NCBI GenBank assembly: GCA_027064095.1
Contig: JAMOQI010000006.1
Span: forward strand, 258 to 64,257
Direction of reading: 5' to 3'
DNA from: Bacteroidales bacterium
GTDB lineage: Bacteria; Bacteroidota; Bacteroidia; Bacteroidales; UBA1556
Length of the DNA: 64,000 nucleotides
Of this stretch, positions 27,606-37,849 are shown piece after piece. The number at the start of each line of letters is the position of its first letter. Position 1 is the stretch's first letter. Below the pieces are notes generated by a model. That model worked only from the letters and a program-made list of their open reading frames with translations. It did not search any database and had not been told where the DNA came from. A program made the translations under genes and the position numbers.

Positions 27606-30188
27606 ATGAAATTATTTAAAAGTATATTAATAATAGCCTTAACAATATTTGCAATAAATATTAATGCTCAAATTTATAATATTGCAACTAATAATGGACA
27701 AACAATAAGTACATGTTCAGGAACATTCTATGATAGTGGTGGGCCTACCGGAGGTTATGTAGCTAACGAAACATATACTATAACTTTTTGTCCCTCAACA
27801 ACAGGAGCATCAATAAATGTAGATTTCACAAGTTGGAATTTGGGAGCGGGAGATAATTTGGAGATTTTTGATGGACCAACAATCTCTTCCCCTAGCTTTG
27901 GAGTATTAAGCTCTAATCTTTCCCCAGTAAATATGATTATAAGTGCGTCAGTGTTAAACACTAGTGGTTGTTTAACATTTAAATGGACATCAACGGGAAC
28001 AGGTGCAGGTTGGGTAGCTAATTTAAGTTGTGGTTTACCTTGTCAGAATTTTTATGTTGACATACTTTCTTCGACGCCACCATTTCATATAGATAGTGGA
28101 TTTTATTATATTGATATTTGTCCTGGAGACACTGTAAGCATAACAGCACAAGGCAACTATGGACTAAATGATTCTATATATCATCAAGATGATTTAACCT
28201 CAACATTTATGTGGGATTTGGGTAATTACACAACTGATACAGCCCAGACTGTAACTACTGTATATGATACAATCAAAGGCTATAATGTAGAACTTAGTGC
28301 TTTAGACACACTCGGCTGTCTAGCTTCTCAAACTCCAAAAATAAGAGTAAGATTAAGTACAAGACCAGATTTTGATGGCACACATCAGGTATTAAATGAA
28401 ATATGCCAAGGTGATAGCACTAGCTTGATAGGAGTAGCAACAACCAAAACATGGCAGGCTAACTCATCATTATCACATGCTGGAACAACTTATTTACCCG
28501 ATGGTAGTGGTGCTTCTTATACTTCTACATTAATATTTAATGTATTTGCACCAGGTCAAACTGTACAGAATGTATCAGATATATTATCTATAAATGCAAC
28601 ATTGGAGCATTCATATCTTGGTGATTTGAATATTACTGTTACTTGTCCTAATGGACAGAGTGCTACTCTGAAATCATACCCTGGCGGTTCCTCAACATTT
28701 CTTGGCGAACCTATTGATAATAATTCTCAGCAAGTAGCTGGATTAGGATATGAATATGCATGGAAATCAACAGGAACAACTACAATGCTTAATGCTGTAG
28801 GAACATACAATCACACCTTTACTGATGTACTGGGAACAACATATAGTAATCATTCTTATCTACCTCCATCCTATGCATATCCTGCAACATCTACTGCTCT
28901 TGGACCTTTTCCGTTGGTTACTTACCTTCCCGAAACTCCTTATTCTACATTTATTGGGTGCCCTTTAAATGGGTCATGGACAATTACTGTTACTGATAAC
29001 CTCTTTATTGATAACGGTTTTATTTTTGCTTGGGGAATTGATTTTTCACAAAGTGTACTCCCTGTATCTTGGTCGTATCAACCGGTTATCTCTTCGCAAG
29101 CATGGAATAATGCATCTTCTATTATTAGTACAACAGGAAGTAATGCTGTAATTATGCCCTCTGATAGTGGTCAGTATAATTATACATATACTGTAGTAGA
29201 TGACTTTGGATGTACTTATGATACAACAATCAGTGTAACAGTTGTTCCTACTCCCGAAGTAGATTTGGGAAATGATACTATTATTTGTGGATTCGGAATT
29301 GTAAATATTGATGCTGGTAATAATGTTCCAAATAGTACTTATTCATGGAATACAGGAAATACTAATCAAATTCAACAAACAAATATTAGTGGTGACTATA
29401 TTGCAACGGTTTCTTACTCCAATGGCAATATAGTATGTTCAAATACTGACACTATGCATGTTGACCAATATGATATGGCAGATATAAACCTTGGAGAAGA
29501 TACCTGCGTTACTGAAGACCTTGTTCTACATGCCGGTAACACTGGTCATAATCCTCCTTTTGTATATCTATGGTCTGATGGATCCACTCAAGAATCCCTT
29601 ACTGTTACTTCACCAGGAACATATTCCGTTACTGTAGCAATAGACCCCAACAGCCCTTGTATTGAAGAAGATGAAATCGTTGTCACTATGTTTCAACCTG
29701 ATTTCCTTGGTGATGATCAAGAGTTTTGCAGTTTCGAAGATGTAGGTGTTGTCGTACCTCCAGACGGAACCGGCATGTCACACCAATACAAATGGTCTAT
29801 GGATGGTAATATCTTGAACACTAATGATAATTTTATTGCTCAAAAATTTATTCCTGTTGGCGACCATATAGTCAAGGTAGAAGTTGACAACGGTTGTACC
29901 GATGAAATAAAACTAACTTCAAAAGACTGCCAATTGGAAATACCTAATATTATAACTCCTAATGGTGATGGAGCAAATGACAAATTTAAAATTGAAGGAC
30001 TCTTAGACTTATCTAATTCTACTCTAATAATATACAATAGATGGGGCAAGAAAGTATATGAAAGTTCAAATTATCAAAATGATTGGGATGGCGATAATCT
30101 TGCTGATGGGACATATTTCTATGTACTTAGGACAAATGAAGGTGTTGAAAAGGAATATAATGGAAGCTTAACAATAATGAGAAAATAA
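27606..30188 (+). CDS. T9SS type-B sorting domain (gliding-motility C-terminal/CHU_C) protein with CUB-like and P-proprotein-like domains
   Basis: Signal peptide; TCSGTFYDSGG CUB-like start; EHSYLGDL..GCPLNGSWTITVTD; C-terminal IPNIITPNGDGAND...IYNRWG..YQNDWDG..GTYFY. Confidence 0.88.
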   Translation: MKLFKSILIIALTIFAININAQIYNIATNNGQTISTCSGTFYDSGGPTGGYVANETYTITFCPSTTGASINVDFTSWNLGAGDNLEIFDGPTISSPSFGVLSSNLSPVNMIISASVLNTSGCLTFKWTSTGTGAGWVANLSCGLPCQNFYVDILSSTPPFHIDSGFYYIDICPGDTVSITAQGNYGLNDSIYHQDDLTSTFMWDLGNYTTDTAQTVTTVYDTIKGYNVELSALDTLGCLASQTPKIRVRLSTRPDFDGTHQVLNEICQGDSTSLIGVATTKTWQANSSLSHAGTTYLPDGSGASYTSTLIFNVFAPGQTVQNVSDILSINATLEHSYLGDLNITVTCPNGQSATLKSYPGGSSTFLGEPIDNNSQQVAGLGYEYAWKSTGTTTMLNAVGTYNHTFTDVLGTTYSNHSYLPPSYAYPATSTALGPFPLVTYLPETPYSTFIGCPLNGSWTITVTDNLFIDNGFIFAWGIDFSQSVLPVSWSYQPVISSQAWNNASSIISTTGSNAVIMPSDSGQYNYTYTVVDDFGCTYDTTISVTVVPTPEVDLGNDTIICGFGIVNIDAGNNVPNSTYSWNTGNTNQIQQTNISGDYIATVSYSNGNIVCSNTDTMHVDQYDMADINLGEDTCVTEDLVLHAGNTGHNPPFVYLWSDGSTQESLTVTSPGTYSVTVAIDPNSPCIEEDEIVVTMFQPDFLGDDQEFCSFEDVGVVVPPDGTGMSHQYKWSMDGNILNTNDNFIAQKFIPVGDHIVKVEVDNGCTDEIKLTSKDCQLEIPNIITPNGDGANDKFKIEGLLDLSNSTLIIYNRWGKKVYESSNYQNDWDGDNLADGTYFYVLRTNEGVEKEYNGSLTIMRK

Positions 30189-30219
30189 CTTAAGCTTTAC
30201 TCACAGTTTCAGATAATTA

Positions 30220-30374
30220 GTTCCTGTTCGACTCAAATCAGTGAAAGACTTTTGGGATAATATGAACAACTCAACCTGTCCCGAACTTGTTTTGGGAGGT
30301 TTTTTTTACAGATTGCCCCTGCTATTGAATGCTTATTTATACTATTCGTTTTACTTTTGTATAAATAATGCAAG
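30220..30374 (+). mobile_element. MITE-like repeat, degenerate copy C
   Basis: CCTGTCCCGAACTTGTTTTGGGAGGTTTTT matches copy B CCTGTACCAAACTTGTTTCGGGAGGTTTTT; right end TTTTGTATAAATAATGCAAG; left end decayed. Confidence 0.6.
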
Positions 30375-30406
30375 TAAATACAATAAAACAAGTTAAATCC
30401 CAATCT

Positions 30407-30443
30407 AAAAAAGGCTCTCAATAATAAATTGAGAGCCTTTTTT
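30407..30443. terminator. Bidirectional intrinsic terminator
   Basis: AAAAAAGGCTCTCAAT-AATAA-ATTGAGAGCCTTTTTT. Confidence 0.88.
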
Positions 30444-30463
30444 GTCTTTATTGTAAGCTATAC

Positions 30464-31210
30464 TTAAGTATGCATCCCTCCACAAACACTAATAACTTGT
30501 CCAGTTACATAACTAGAAAGTTCAGAAGCTAAAAATAAACAAACATTAGCAACATCTTCCGCTTGTCCTTCGCGACGTAATGGAATAGTTTGCACCCATC
30601 CTTTACGAACGTCTTCAGGTAATTTATCAGTCATAGCAGTGGCAATAAAACCAGGAGCTACTGCATTAACGCGTATGCTTCTGGAACCTAATTCTTGAGC
30701 AATTGATTTTGTAAATCCAATTAAACCGGCTTTTGATGCAGAATAATTAGATTGGCCAGCATTGCCTTCAATTCCTACAACAGAACTCATATTTATAATA
30801 GAACCACTTCTTTGCTTAAGCATAACTCTTTGAACTGCCTTAGTCATATTGAAAATAGATTTCAAATTAACAGTAATAACTGCATCCCAATCTGCTTCTG
30901 TCATTCGCATTAGTAAATTATCGCGAGTGATACCTGCATTATTAACTAAAATATCTATTCTTCCAAAATCAACCATTACATCAGCAATAAGTTTCTCAGC
31001 ATCATCAAATTTAGCAGCATTAGAAGCATAAGCTTTTGCCTTCACTCCCATTGCAGTAAGTTCTGCCTCGTTAGCAGCTGTATTATCATCTAAAGCTATA
31101 TCTGTAAATGCCACATTTGCGCCTTCACGACCAAAAGTCATTGCAATTGATTTACCAATACCTCTTGCAGCACCGGTAATTAAAGCTGTTTTTCCTTCTA
31201 ATAATCCCAT
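30464..31210 (-). CDS. fabG: 3-oxoacyl-[ACP] reductase
   Basis: TGAARGIG, NNAGITRD, NAGQSNYSASKAG, PGFIAT. Confidence 0.93.
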   Translation of the reverse strand: MGLLEGKTALITGAARGIGKSIAMTFGREGANVAFTDIALDDNTAANEAELTAMGVKAKAYASNAAKFDDAEKLIADVMVDFGRIDILVNNAGITRDNLLMRMTEADWDAVITVNLKSIFNMTKAVQRVMLKQRSGSIINMSSVVGIEGNAGQSNYSASKAGLIGFTKSIAQELGSRSIRVNAVAPGFIATAMTDKLPEDVRKGWVQTIPLRREGQAEDVANVCLFLASELSSYVTGQVISVCGGMHT

Positions 31211-31479
31211 GAAATTCTGTTTTTATAATTATTTAAAGTTTGTATTCAATTAATGGAAGCAAAGATAATATAAAAAACTCATTGCTACATTTAGTCCCTT
31301 ATTACTTCCATTTCCACGTAAAAACCATTTTTAAAAAGAATGATTTTTATTTAAATTCAAGTTAAACAGGTTAAATTAAATATTAAAATAAAACTTTAAT
31401 AAATTGGGAATCCTCAATTCATTTTTTGTACCTTTGTTTTTATCATCAATCTATTTATCACGCTAAATATTAGATACAT

Positions 31480-32988
31480 ATGAAGATACTAAACATAAAA
31501 AACATTAGACAAGGAGATTTATATACCATAACAAACGAACCTATTTCATCAATTGATTTAATGGAAAGAGCAGCTAAAGAGTGCTTCAACTGGATTACTA
31601 ATGAATATTCAAAACCTTCTCATTTTAGTATTTTTGCCGGTATAGGGAATAATGGAGGGGATGCACTTGCCATTGCCAGAATGCTTTCAGTAGAAAAACA
31701 TAATATTGAAGTATTTATAGTTGATTATTCGGACAAACACTCAGAAGATTTTAGTAGCAATTTACAACGAATAAAGGAATTAAATATTCCAACTACTACA
31801 CTAAATAAGGATAATTATTCTTTTAAATTAAAAGAAAAAACAAAAATCATTGAAGGTATTTTTGGCTCTGGTCTAAGCCGACCTATTAATAATTTTGTTG
31901 CAAATATCATTGACAAAATTAATAAATCCAAATTGGAAATTATTAGCATTGATATTGCTAGTGGGCTTTTTGCAGATAATTTAAATACCGAAAAAAAACC
32001 TATTATAATTCATCCAACACACACCTTAAGTTTAGCTTTTCCAAAGCTTGCTTTTTTTCTACCGGAGAATGAAATATTTGTAGGTCAATGGCATAATATG
32101 GATATTGGAATTTTAAAAGAGTTTGAAGAAAATGCAGAAGAAACCGCATATTTGATAGAAAGAAAAGACGTAAGACCATTATTAAGGCCAAGGTCTCGAT
32201 TTTCGCATAAGGGAAATTATGGTCACGGTTTATTAATAGCCGGAAGTTACGGTAAAATTGGCGCTGCTGTATTATCATCTAAAGCATGCTTAAGGACAGG
32301 AATAGGTTTATTGACAACACATATACCCTCATTAGCAGTTAACATACTTCAAACAGCAATTGCTGAAGCTATGCTAAGTATTGACAGTCACGAAAAGATA
32401 TGCACAGAAGTTAAGAATTTAGAGAAATACAATGCAATCGGTATTGGTCCAGGCCTGGGAACAGAAAAACAAACGCAGCTTGCTCTAAAGATAATTATAC
32501 AAAATACATCTAATCCTATGGTACTCGATGCCGACGCACTAAATATACTTTCTAAAAACAAAACATGGTTAGCTTTTTTACCAAAAAATAGTATTCTAAC
32601 TCCCCACCCTAAGGAATTTGAGAGACTTGCCGGTAAATCTTATAATAGTTTGGAAAGAATAGAAAAACAAAAGTCACTAAGTGTTAAGTTTAACATTTTC
32701 ATAATTCTAAAGGGCTCATATACAAGTATTAGTACTCCTGATGGTAAAATATTCTTTAATTCAACGGGAAATCCGGGAATGGCCACTGCTGGTAGCGGAG
32801 ATGTTCTTACAGGAATAATTCTATCTCTACTTGCACAAAAATATAGTCCTTTAGAAACTAGTATTTTAGCTGTATATTTACATGGATTAGCTGGTGACTT
32901 TGCTGCTTTAGAAAAAGGCTTTGAAGCACTAATTGCCAGAGATATTATTGACAATTTATCAAAAGCATTTATAGAAATACACAAATAA
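31480..32988 (+). CDS. nnr: Bifunctional NAD(P)H-hydrate epimerase/dehydratase
   Basis: LMERAA, GNNGGD, HKGNYG, GPGLG, DADAL, LTPHPKEF, GMATAGSGDVL. Confidence 0.93.
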   Translation: MKILNIKNIRQGDLYTITNEPISSIDLMERAAKECFNWITNEYSKPSHFSIFAGIGNNGGDALAIARMLSVEKHNIEVFIVDYSDKHSEDFSSNLQRIKELNIPTTTLNKDNYSFKLKEKTKIIEGIFGSGLSRPINNFVANIIDKINKSKLEIISIDIASGLFADNLNTEKKPIIIHPTHTLSLAFPKLAFFLPENEIFVGQWHNMDIGILKEFEENAEETAYLIERKDVRPLLRPRSRFSHKGNYGHGLLIAGSYGKIGAAVLSSKACLRTGIGLLTTHIPSLAVNILQTAIAEAMLSIDSHEKICTEVKNLEKYNAIGIGPGLGTEKQTQLALKIIIQNTSNPMVLDADALNILSKNKTWLAFLPKNSILTPHPKEFERLAGKSYNSLERIEKQKSLSVKFNIFIILKGSYTSISTPDGKIFFNSTGNPGMATAGSGDVLTGIILSLLAQKYSPLETSILAVYLHGLAGDFAALEKGFEALIARDIIDNLSKAFIEIHK

Positions 32989-33147
32989 TTATAAAAATAG
33001 AAGATAAGAATATGTACACAAAGCATTTAAACTATTGCAACATCTCATTTTATAACAACAGTATTTATTTCTATCTTTGGCGACTGATTTATAACAATCA
33101 TACCAGAAACTAACATATATAAGCAAGCAATTTAATATACCATTACC

Positions 33148-34611
33148 ATGGAAAACTATTTTGAACAATTTAGAGAAAATATTATAGGACAGAATCATAT
33201 TTTCAAAAGCCCTTATGGAGAACAAAAAATCATATATGCAGATTGGATTGCTAGTGGTAGATTATACCAGAAAATTGAAGATAAAATGTCAAAGACTTTC
33301 GGTCCGTATGTTGCAAATACACATACCGAAACCAGTGAAACCGGTACTATAATGACACGTGCATATCATCATTCAAAAGAAATTATCAGAAAACATATAA
33401 ATGCAAACAAAAACGATGTTATAATAACATCAGGCTTTGGAATGACCGGAGTTATAAATAAATTTCAGAGAATACTAGGATTAAAATCATGCGATAAAAT
33501 AATTAATAGCAAATGTATTCACGAGGATAAAGATAAACCTGTAGTTTTCATCACCCATATGGAACATCATAGTAACCAAACTTCATGGTATGAAACTATG
33601 GTTGATGTTGTGATATTGCCACCTACAGATGAAGGTTTGGTTGATTTGGAGAAAATGGAAGAAATCGTAAGTAGCTACTCCGACAGGAAGAAACTAATTG
33701 GCAGTTTCTCTGCATGTAGCAATGTTACAGGAATAGAAACCCCATACCACGAGATGGCAGAGATTATGCATAAACACGGCGGCTTATGCTTTGTTGACTT
33801 CGCTGCATCAGCACCATATGTAGATATAGATATGCATCCTGAGAATCCAAATCAAGCATTAGACGCTGTTTTATTCTCACCACATAAATTTCTTGGCGGT
33901 CCAGGAAGTTCAGGAGTATTAGCTTTCAATAAAGACCTTTATCTTTTAGAATCTCCGGATCAGCCTGGTGGCGGAACTGTTGACTGGACAAATGCTTGGG
34001 GAGAATATAAATATTGTGATGATATAGAATCACGTGAAGATGGAGGAACTCCTGGATTTTTACAAGCTATCCGTACAGCCCTATCCATTGAACTAAAAGA
34101 ACAAATGGGTACAAAAAATATTAGACAAAGAGAACATGAACTAATTGAAATTGCTTTTAAAGAATTAAATAAGGTTCCGGGATTGCATATTCTCGCCGAT
34201 AATATTAAAGATAGAATTGGAGCTATTTCATTTTATATTGATAATATTCATTATAACCTTATTGTTAAACTACTAAATGATAGATTTGGAATACAAGTGA
34301 GAGGTGGTTGTGCCTGTGCCGGTACTTACGGGCATATTTTGTTAGGTATAACTAAAGAAGAATCACATAAAATAACAGACAGAATAAACAAAGGAGACCT
34401 TAGCGAAAAACCAGGCTGGATAAGAATGTCAATACATCCAACAATGACAAATAAAGAACTTATGCATATTTGCTATGGCATTTCTGAAATACAAAAACAT
34501 CATGATGAATGGGAAAAGGATTATGTTTATGATAAATCCAATAATGAGTTTATTCATAGGAGTTTTTTAACTAAAGAAAGATACGAAATTTCCAACTGGT
34601 TTAAACTGTAA
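33148..34611 (+). CDS. Class V PLP-dependent aminotransferase (cysteine desulfurase-like)
   Basis: YADWIASGR, EHHSN, DFAAS, SPHK (PLP lysine), EDGGTP, RGGCACAG. Confidence 0.88.
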   Translation: MENYFEQFRENIIGQNHIFKSPYGEQKIIYADWIASGRLYQKIEDKMSKTFGPYVANTHTETSETGTIMTRAYHHSKEIIRKHINANKNDVIITSGFGMTGVINKFQRILGLKSCDKIINSKCIHEDKDKPVVFITHMEHHSNQTSWYETMVDVVILPPTDEGLVDLEKMEEIVSSYSDRKKLIGSFSACSNVTGIETPYHEMAEIMHKHGGLCFVDFAASAPYVDIDMHPENPNQALDAVLFSPHKFLGGPGSSGVLAFNKDLYLLESPDQPGGGTVDWTNAWGEYKYCDDIESREDGGTPGFLQAIRTALSIELKEQMGTKNIRQREHELIEIAFKELNKVPGLHILADNIKDRIGAISFYIDNIHYNLIVKLLNDRFGIQVRGGCACAGTYGHILLGITKEESHKITDRINKGDLSEKPGWIRMSIHPTMTNKELMHICYGISEIQKHHDEWEKDYVYDKSNNEFIHRSFLTKERYEISNWFKL

Positions 34612-34630
34612 AATATTCATATTCAAAGCA

Positions 34631-35533
34631 TTGAAAAAAATCAAATTTGATATTCTCAAACCATATATTATGGTTTTATTTGCCATGTTATTTTGGGGCT
34701 TATCATATGTTTGGATAAAAATTGCTTACCAATATCTCGGTCCGATTAGCACTGTGGTAATACGATTAATGTTATCTACAATTATAATGATTGTCATAGC
34801 ATGGGCTTTAAAAATAAAGATAGTCCCATATAAAGAAGACATTAAAGCTTTTTTACTATTAGCATTACTTGAACCATTTGGATATTTTATTGGAGAAAGT
34901 CTTGGGCTTCAATATGTTTCCAGCTCTATTGCAAGTATTATGATTGGAACCATTCCGCTATTTATTCCGATATTCGCATTTTTTATTCTTAAAGATAAAA
35001 TAACAGTAAATAACATTATTGGACTAATAATCAGCTTTGTTGGATTATTAATACTTATTGTAAACAAAGATTTTAGTTTTCAAGCATCACCATTAGGTAT
35101 TTCATTGATGCTATTAGCTGTATTCTCCGGTGCGTTATACACAATACAACTTAAAAAATTATCTAATAAATATAAACCGGAAACTATAATCATAAATATG
35201 CAAATAATTGGTTTGGTTTACTTTACACCTCTTTTCATATTAAAAGAATGGAATGATTTTGTAGAAGTAAGCTTTAATGCTGAACTAATCATTACTCTAT
35301 TAAAACTTGTGATATTCTCTTCATTAGGAGCATTATATTTCTTTATTCAAGCAGTAGAGAGAATTGGAGTAACAAAGACTAGTATGTTTACCAATCTAAT
35401 ACCTGTTGTAACAGCTATTTCAGCGTGGATAATTTTACCTGATGAAGAACTGAGTATAAAATTAGCTATGGGTATTTTTATTGTAATACTCGGTGTTTAT
35501 ATTGGCAACACTAATAAAATTAATTTATCATAA
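34631..35533 (+). CDS. DMT/EamA family transporter
   Basis: About ten TM segments in two EamA repeats; FWGLSY, NLIPV. Confidence 0.9.
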   Translation: MKKIKFDILKPYIMVLFAMLFWGLSYVWIKIAYQYLGPISTVVIRLMLSTIIMIVIAWALKIKIVPYKEDIKAFLLLALLEPFGYFIGESLGLQYVSSSIASIMIGTIPLFIPIFAFFILKDKITVNNIIGLIISFVGLLILIVNKDFSFQASPLGISLMLLAVFSGALYTIQLKKLSNKYKPETIIINMQIIGLVYFTPLFILKEWNDFVEVSFNAELIITLLKLVIFSSLGALYFFIQAVERIGVTKTSMFTNLIPVVTAISAWIILPDEELSIKLAMGIFIVILGVYIGNTNKINLS

Positions 35534-35589
35534 TAACTTTCTTAGTTGCACACTTTATAGGATAGCACCTAATAATAAAATAGAACTTT

Positions 35590-37668
35590 TTATGCTTTTT
35601 CAAGATAGAAACTAAATTCTGAACCTTCACCAACTTTACTTGCAATTTCTAATTTACTATTATTTCGTTTAAGCATATCAATTACCAATTTCAATCCAAA
35701 TCCACTACCCTTTTCATCATTAGTACCAACACTAGTACTGAAGGTATTAATATCTAAGGCATCTTGAATCTGTTTATCAGTCATACCTACTCCATTATCT
35801 TTAACTTTAATCAACACTTTATCTCCAGCACAAGAAGCATGTATAATAATACTACCTCCTTCCGGGGTAAATTTGATAGCATTACTCAATAAACTTCTAA
35901 TTATAGTTAAAAACATATTTTTATCAGAGTAAACATAGCACTTGAAATCAATTTCCTTTATTAGTCTAATTGATTTAGATTCAATGGAATGAATATGAAG
36001 AGATACAACACTTTCAAGCAATTCACCAACATTGAGCTTTATGGAATTAAAACTCATCTTTTCACCTTTTATTCTGGACCAATCTAGCAAATTATGCATT
36101 AATGAATTTGTTTGATTAAGAGTTTTATTAACAACTTCTAAATAATCAGGCCAATCTTCACGATCCGTATCACCATCAATCATAAGCTCAATCAAACCAA
36201 TGACACTGCCTAAAGGACCTTTAAGATCGTGAGCTATAATTGAATAAGTTTTATTTAGATGTTCGTTAGTTTCTTTAAGTTCTTTAAGTACTTCCTTTAA
36301 TCTATTATTTTGCTTTTTTCTTTTTATCTCAGCACGAAATACTAAAGCCAAAATTATTAATACTAAAACTATTATTATAATCAAAGAGATATTAATAATT
36401 CTATTTCTCTTCTTTTCAATTTCAAAAGAGTGTACTTCAAGTTTTCTGGCTTCCATTTCTTTTTCCAGTTGCAGCTTTGTGGCAGTATTATTCAACAACC
36501 ATTCTTTAACTTTAAGTAATTCTTCATAATAATAAGGAGTCTGTTCAAAACTACCTTCCCTTTTCAGAACTTTAATAATATTATTAAGTACATTACTATA
36601 AAAGCTGTAATTATTAATAATTTTGGCTTTATCTGCCGAACTCTTAAAATAATATAAAGCTGAATCTAATTTATTAAGACTGTAATAGCATCTTCCTAAA
36701 CTATTTAAGGCAAACATTAACTTAACATTATTAGAATCTTTTAATAACAATTTATAATTCTTTAATGCAACGCTCTTAGCCTCGTCATATCTTCCATTAT
36801 CTAAAAGGAATGAAATATAAGTTCTGTATGAACTATTTAAGTTCGAATTTGGTGCATTTTGCAAATCACTTTCAATTGCTTTTTTGATATAATATTCACC
36901 ACTATCTAATTGATTATTCTTTATGAAATAATTAGCTATATAGCTGTATGCAACAGAATAGTTTCCATACTGTTTTGCCTTTTTTCTACTTTCTAATGAT
37001 TTCATATAATATACGTAGGCTGAATCACGGTAGTTTAATTTTTCATTTGCTATACCTAAATTTTGATAGCATACTGCTAAGCCTCCATCAAGTTTTTCAT
37101 TATCATAATATTTTTGAAAAATATTTTTAGATTGGAAATAGTAATCTTTAGCCTTATTGTAAAACTCCTCACCAAAATATACATTACCGATATCTATCAA
37201 TAGCCATGCATAGGCTCCCCAATCTTTTACCGCTTTGAATATTTCAACATTTGATAAAAATATTTTTAATGCTTTTTCATATTCACCATTGTTGTATATA
37301 ATATTGGCCAAATCATTACTTATCAATGCTCCTGTTCTTTTATAACCATATTCTGAACAATAATTAAGACTTTCATCAAAAACATTTATTGCTTTTTCAT
37401 AATTTACCTCTATAATACCATTAGCATAATACCCTCTACCAAGCAAGTATTTTTTAGTGATGCCATTTTCAATTTTATATTTAGCTAAATTTTTATTAAA
37501 AAGCTCTAATTTCTGATAATATAAACTGTCGCTACAGTTTATTGCTAAATGATTTGATATATCGACTAAAGTACTATCAATGTATCTGTCATCTATTTTA
37601 GCATTACCTTTTTGGATATAACTAAAGAAAATAAGTATTGTTAATAAATATAGTGTTAAAAATTTCAT
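35590..37668 (-). CDS. TPR-containing sensor histidine kinase (no adjacent response regulator)
   Basis: Periplasmic TPRs, TM helix, IIAHDLKGP H-box, SNAIKFT, DNGVGM, EKGSGFGL. Confidence 0.92.
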   Translation of the reverse strand: MKFLTLYLLTILIFFSYIQKGNAKIDDRYIDSTLVDISNHLAINCSDSLYYQKLELFNKNLAKYKIENGITKKYLLGRGYYANGIIEVNYEKAINVFDESLNYCSEYGYKRTGALISNDLANIIYNNGEYEKALKIFLSNVEIFKAVKDWGAYAWLLIDIGNVYFGEEFYNKAKDYYFQSKNIFQKYYDNEKLDGGLAVCYQNLGIANEKLNYRDSAYVYYMKSLESRKKAKQYGNYSVAYSYIANYFIKNNQLDSGEYYIKKAIESDLQNAPNSNLNSSYRTYISFLLDNGRYDEAKSVALKNYKLLLKDSNNVKLMFALNSLGRCYYSLNKLDSALYYFKSSADKAKIINNYSFYSNVLNNIIKVLKREGSFEQTPYYYEELLKVKEWLLNNTATKLQLEKEMEARKLEVHSFEIEKKRNRIINISLIIIIVLVLIILALVFRAEIKRKKQNNRLKEVLKELKETNEHLNKTYSIIAHDLKGPLGSVIGLIELMIDGDTDREDWPDYLEVVNKTLNQTNSLMHNLLDWSRIKGEKMSFNSIKLNVGELLESVVSLHIHSIESKSIRLIKEIDFKCYVYSDKNMFLTIIRSLLSNAIKFTPEGGSIIIHASCAGDKVLIKVKDNGVGMTDKQIQDALDINTFSTSVGTNDEKGSGFGLKLVIDMLKRNNSKLEIASKVGEGSEFSFYLEKA

Positions 37669-37803
37669 ATTTGAGCAATTGAGCAAACTTTATTATAAAA
37701 TATTTAAAGCATACAAATATAATAATATTTAATTTATTTACCTAATTTGTTTTTCCATTATAATATAACAGATAATATTATTTACTCTTATGCCTAATTT
37801 TAA

Positions 37804-37847
37804 TCCGCATTATTCATACAAAAGCAAAGTGAATTAATTGTGAATAA
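37804..37847 (-). mobile_element. MITE-like repeat, internally deleted mini-copy D
   Basis: TTAA|TCCGCATTATTCATACAAAAGCAAAG is the reverse complement of the right end of copy A; it joins TTAATTGTGAATAA, the reverse complement of the left end. Confidence 0.6.
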
Positions 37848-37849
37848 AA

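Noticed and set aside
30233-30421. 62-aa minus-strand ORF
   Set aside because: It lies across MITE copy C and the terminator, with no protein-like features.
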